From Botryllus schlosseri (lineage: Eukaryota): a DNA stretch of 64,000 nucleotides. Position 1 is the stretch's first letter; every line of letters begins with the position of its first letter. A program made the translations under genes and the position numbers. The notes below the pieces were generated by a model. That model saw nothing but the letters and a program-made list of their open reading frames with translations. It made no database searches and was not told the DNA's origin. The DNA is taken from the NCBI GenBank assembly GCA_051294905.1, contig CM119381.1:25110001-25174000 (forward strand), given 5' to 3'. Below are positions 61,701 through 64,000 of this stretch, in pieces.

Positions 61701-63673
61701 CTACAGCAGTGGTTCCCACCCTGTGGTACGCGTACCACTAGTGGTACGCGACGGTCTTCCAGGTGGTACGCAGAGGTGGTCAGTAACGAAGTACTTCTAA
61801 TTTTTGAAGTACTTGAAGTAGATTTTGCCTACACACACTACTTTTGAATTAGTTATTATTTTAGACTACTTCTACTTCTACTTGACAGTTTTCGGTTTTG
61901 TAGACAAAAATAAGCGTAAAATACCTACTTACTTACTTACTTGTGAACCACCACTCCTACTTCGACTTGAGTAGAAATTCGACGGTACTTCTACTTCTAC
62001 TTGAGTATAGCGACGGTGACTACTTTGACCACCTCTGGTGGTACGCGAATAAATTTTTTTTCCGACCGAAGGTAGTTATTAGTTCAGGTGGGTTTAATAT
62101 TGAGTTTTTTTGAAGCCGTCGTCGTCGTCGGGGAAGAGATCTAAACGTAAAGGATTGGGATTCTTACCTAAATAAATTCAGTTTCAATATATTTGACCAC
62201 AAGAATTCCGAAAGGATCCACTTCAGAAATCATATGCTGCACCTTACAATGGGCAGTTTATTTTCTGTTTTGCTGCGTTTGACAGCTCTACACCGTGGCA
62301 ACATTTTTGAACGCCTCCGGCGCACGTAACTTACGTAGGTGGTACGCGAGCACTGCATAAAACCTTGAAATGGTACGTGGGTGGAAAAGGTTGGGAACCA
62401 CTGCTCTACAGTCTACAATCTTCGACCATAGAGAAGTACCGAACAACCGATCATGAAGTATCTCTTTTCACCTGGCCCGTGATCCGATGCCATGCTATTG
62501 CTATCCAAGCAGATCTCTTGGCGTATTACACAGACAAAGACCTTACCTGTATATAAAGACGTAGCTCACTAGTATGAAGACGAAGGCGGAGAAATTGAGA
62601 AGGAGCAGCATCAACGAATATCCCCAAGACCGGTCGTTCTTGACGTCTGGGAAAAAGCGCGGCAAACATACGCTGTGTGCTGCGTAATAACCGAAAAACT
62701 GCTCAGGAACGTAGGACGAGTTCAAGGCTTTCTGTGCGTTTAATATATTGCTCCATGAATAACCTGATCTGTAAAATTTATACCACTGTTAATTCGCTGG
62801 TATATGTAAACGTAAATTTTGGCTCATTGTACTACTCACATTAACTACAAAGGGAAGGTTCTCATTTGCAACACATGATGGTGATAGCTCAAATATAAAT
62901 ATGAAGCAATATATAATAAATGCTTGAGTGTCACGGCACGCATGTATATTGTACAATTGTGTGCAATATACATTCGTGACAATCGATACTTTGTAGGACA
63001 TGATTTTAAAGAATCATATATGTCGGCCGACAAAACCATTGTCAACACATACGCCGCGTATATACTCAACAAATCCGGATGCCAATGACCGTGTGCTAGA
63101 TACATATATTTTGTGGGAGCTAACAGCTCTGTCAGAAATAAAATTTGGAAGAAATGGATTCGCATGACGAAATGACGAAATGCGACGGAACAATACAATC
63201 AAAGTATATAGGATGTGTTCAGGACATTGGTTCCTATCGTATAAAATGTGGGATCCCCTTGCAGCACAATCACTTTTCCTATTACTACACTGTATAACTG
63301 CACATAGTTCTTCTAAACGGTCGAAAATGCGACACCAGAAATCAGACAATGCCGTGCAGCATTGTAATATTTGATATACGCAAAGATCATAATAGTGTAA
63401 TGATCACACCTTCTATACGTCTGAAGGTTTTCGGACAAAATGACCATTAATCGACCTTTTGCTGAGGTTCAGACCAACATGAATACGGACAAATAAGGGA
63501 TATAACTCGCTGGCTCAAGGTTTAAAAACAACGGAACTAATTACATATTATGATTCTCATACCCTACAATTCTGCTAAATGTGTTATTCGGGCCTTCCAT
63601 TGTAACAAGCCTTTCTGTGAATTCGATAACTTCAGCCTTGCAAGCGTGTCCAAGATATCGATGGGATCGAAAC
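52495..63673 (-). CDS. Gene B span: 3' half of a paralogous GRL101-like GPCR (ECL2 to C-tail); 5' part beyond right edge
   Basis: Four phase-consistent exons; three are homologous to gene A exons with the same intron phases, and the fourth (TM7) corresponds to the gene A exon outside the window. Confidence 0.9.
55706..59220. mobile_element. 3.5-kb hAT-ended composite element
   Basis: cagtggttcttaacc...ggttgagaaacactg ends; tgctacct at 55698-55705 recurs at 59221-59228. Confidence 0.65.
57588..58756 (+). repeat. Direct tandem duplication, ~580-bp unit
   Basis: Units both begin tatagt(c/t)gaatggtc...cgcgattaaagcgcgaaat and end gcggacaagaggtaat. Confidence 0.92.
60663..60799 (-). CDS. Gene B exon: ICL3-TM6
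   Basis: 137 bp, phase 2->1; KSTSNENSCSNDKRAVALQRKVTRIVLTNFCCWMPICIMGFIKLL. Confidence 0.92.
61707..62403. mobile_element. hAT MITE containing a nested MITE (61771-62037)
   Basis: Outer TSD ctctacag (perfect); inner TIR cagaggtggtca/tgaccacctctg with perfect TSD gtggtacg. Confidence 0.92.
62547..62768 (-). CDS. Gene B exon: distal ECL2-TM5
   Basis: 222 bp, GTAAGG donor; SGYSWSNILNAQ...FGYYAAHSVCLPRFFP...YSLMLLLLNFSAFVFILVSYVFIY. Confidence 0.93.
63563..63673 (-). CDS. Gene B exon: ECL2 insert
   Basis: 111 bp, phase 2->2; FRSHRYLGHACKAEVIEFTERLVTMEGPNNTFSRIV. Confidence 0.9.
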
Positions 63674-64000
63674 CTAGAAGTACAAAATATAAACAAAGTT
63701 TAAAATATAACATCAATATAAGCGTACAGTGTGTAATATAAGATACATGTCAATATATACAATATATATGGCTTATTTTCAAATATTCCACATGATTTAA
63801 TAGCATAAAAAGAATCACATCGAGTTCAGTGGACTGTCATCTGCGTTGATCATGATCCTTCACGACAGATTAAATTTACAAAGACGAACGTTTTTTGGGG
63901 AGGGACTGAAGACGTGCTGTTTCGGCCATGTCTCTGACGTCACGTGACTTCATATTACTGATTCCAACCCCCCACATTTCCGTAAAGTAATATATTATTT

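Noticed and set aside
1-64000. Most other 60-155 aa ORFs in the track
   Set aside because: They have non-ATG starts or lie antisense to exons or within repeats; expected by chance in intronic DNA

Overview
AT-rich, TE-dense animal genomic DNA with short (59-67 bp) and long GT-AG introns; probably an ascidian/tunicate, inferred from the gene family only. The ORF track is mostly noise because the real genes are multi-exon. Main content is two tandem minus-strand GRL101/RXFP-related GPCR genes. Gene A (exons traced 30266->638, TM7 exon beyond the left edge) has about 11 LDLa modules joined directly to the 7TM domain, with no LRR domain and a ~95-aa ECL2. Splice phases match over 30266->15599 and 12813->638; the 15.6-12.8 kb linker is only tentatively resolved. 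Gene B (63673->52495) is the 3' half of a paralog with the same intron phases. Upstream of gene A's traced exons (33-40 kb) lie decayed CUB-like and LDLa-like exon relics. Introns hold many elements: a Penelope-like element whose inverted terminal repeats each carry a minimal hammerhead-ribozyme motif, a second Penelope fragment, RTE and I-type LINE fragments, a foldback element with minisatellite arms, hAT elements and MITEs with visible 8-bp TSDs, a Chapaev-like relic and SINEs. All assignments were made by eye without database searches.
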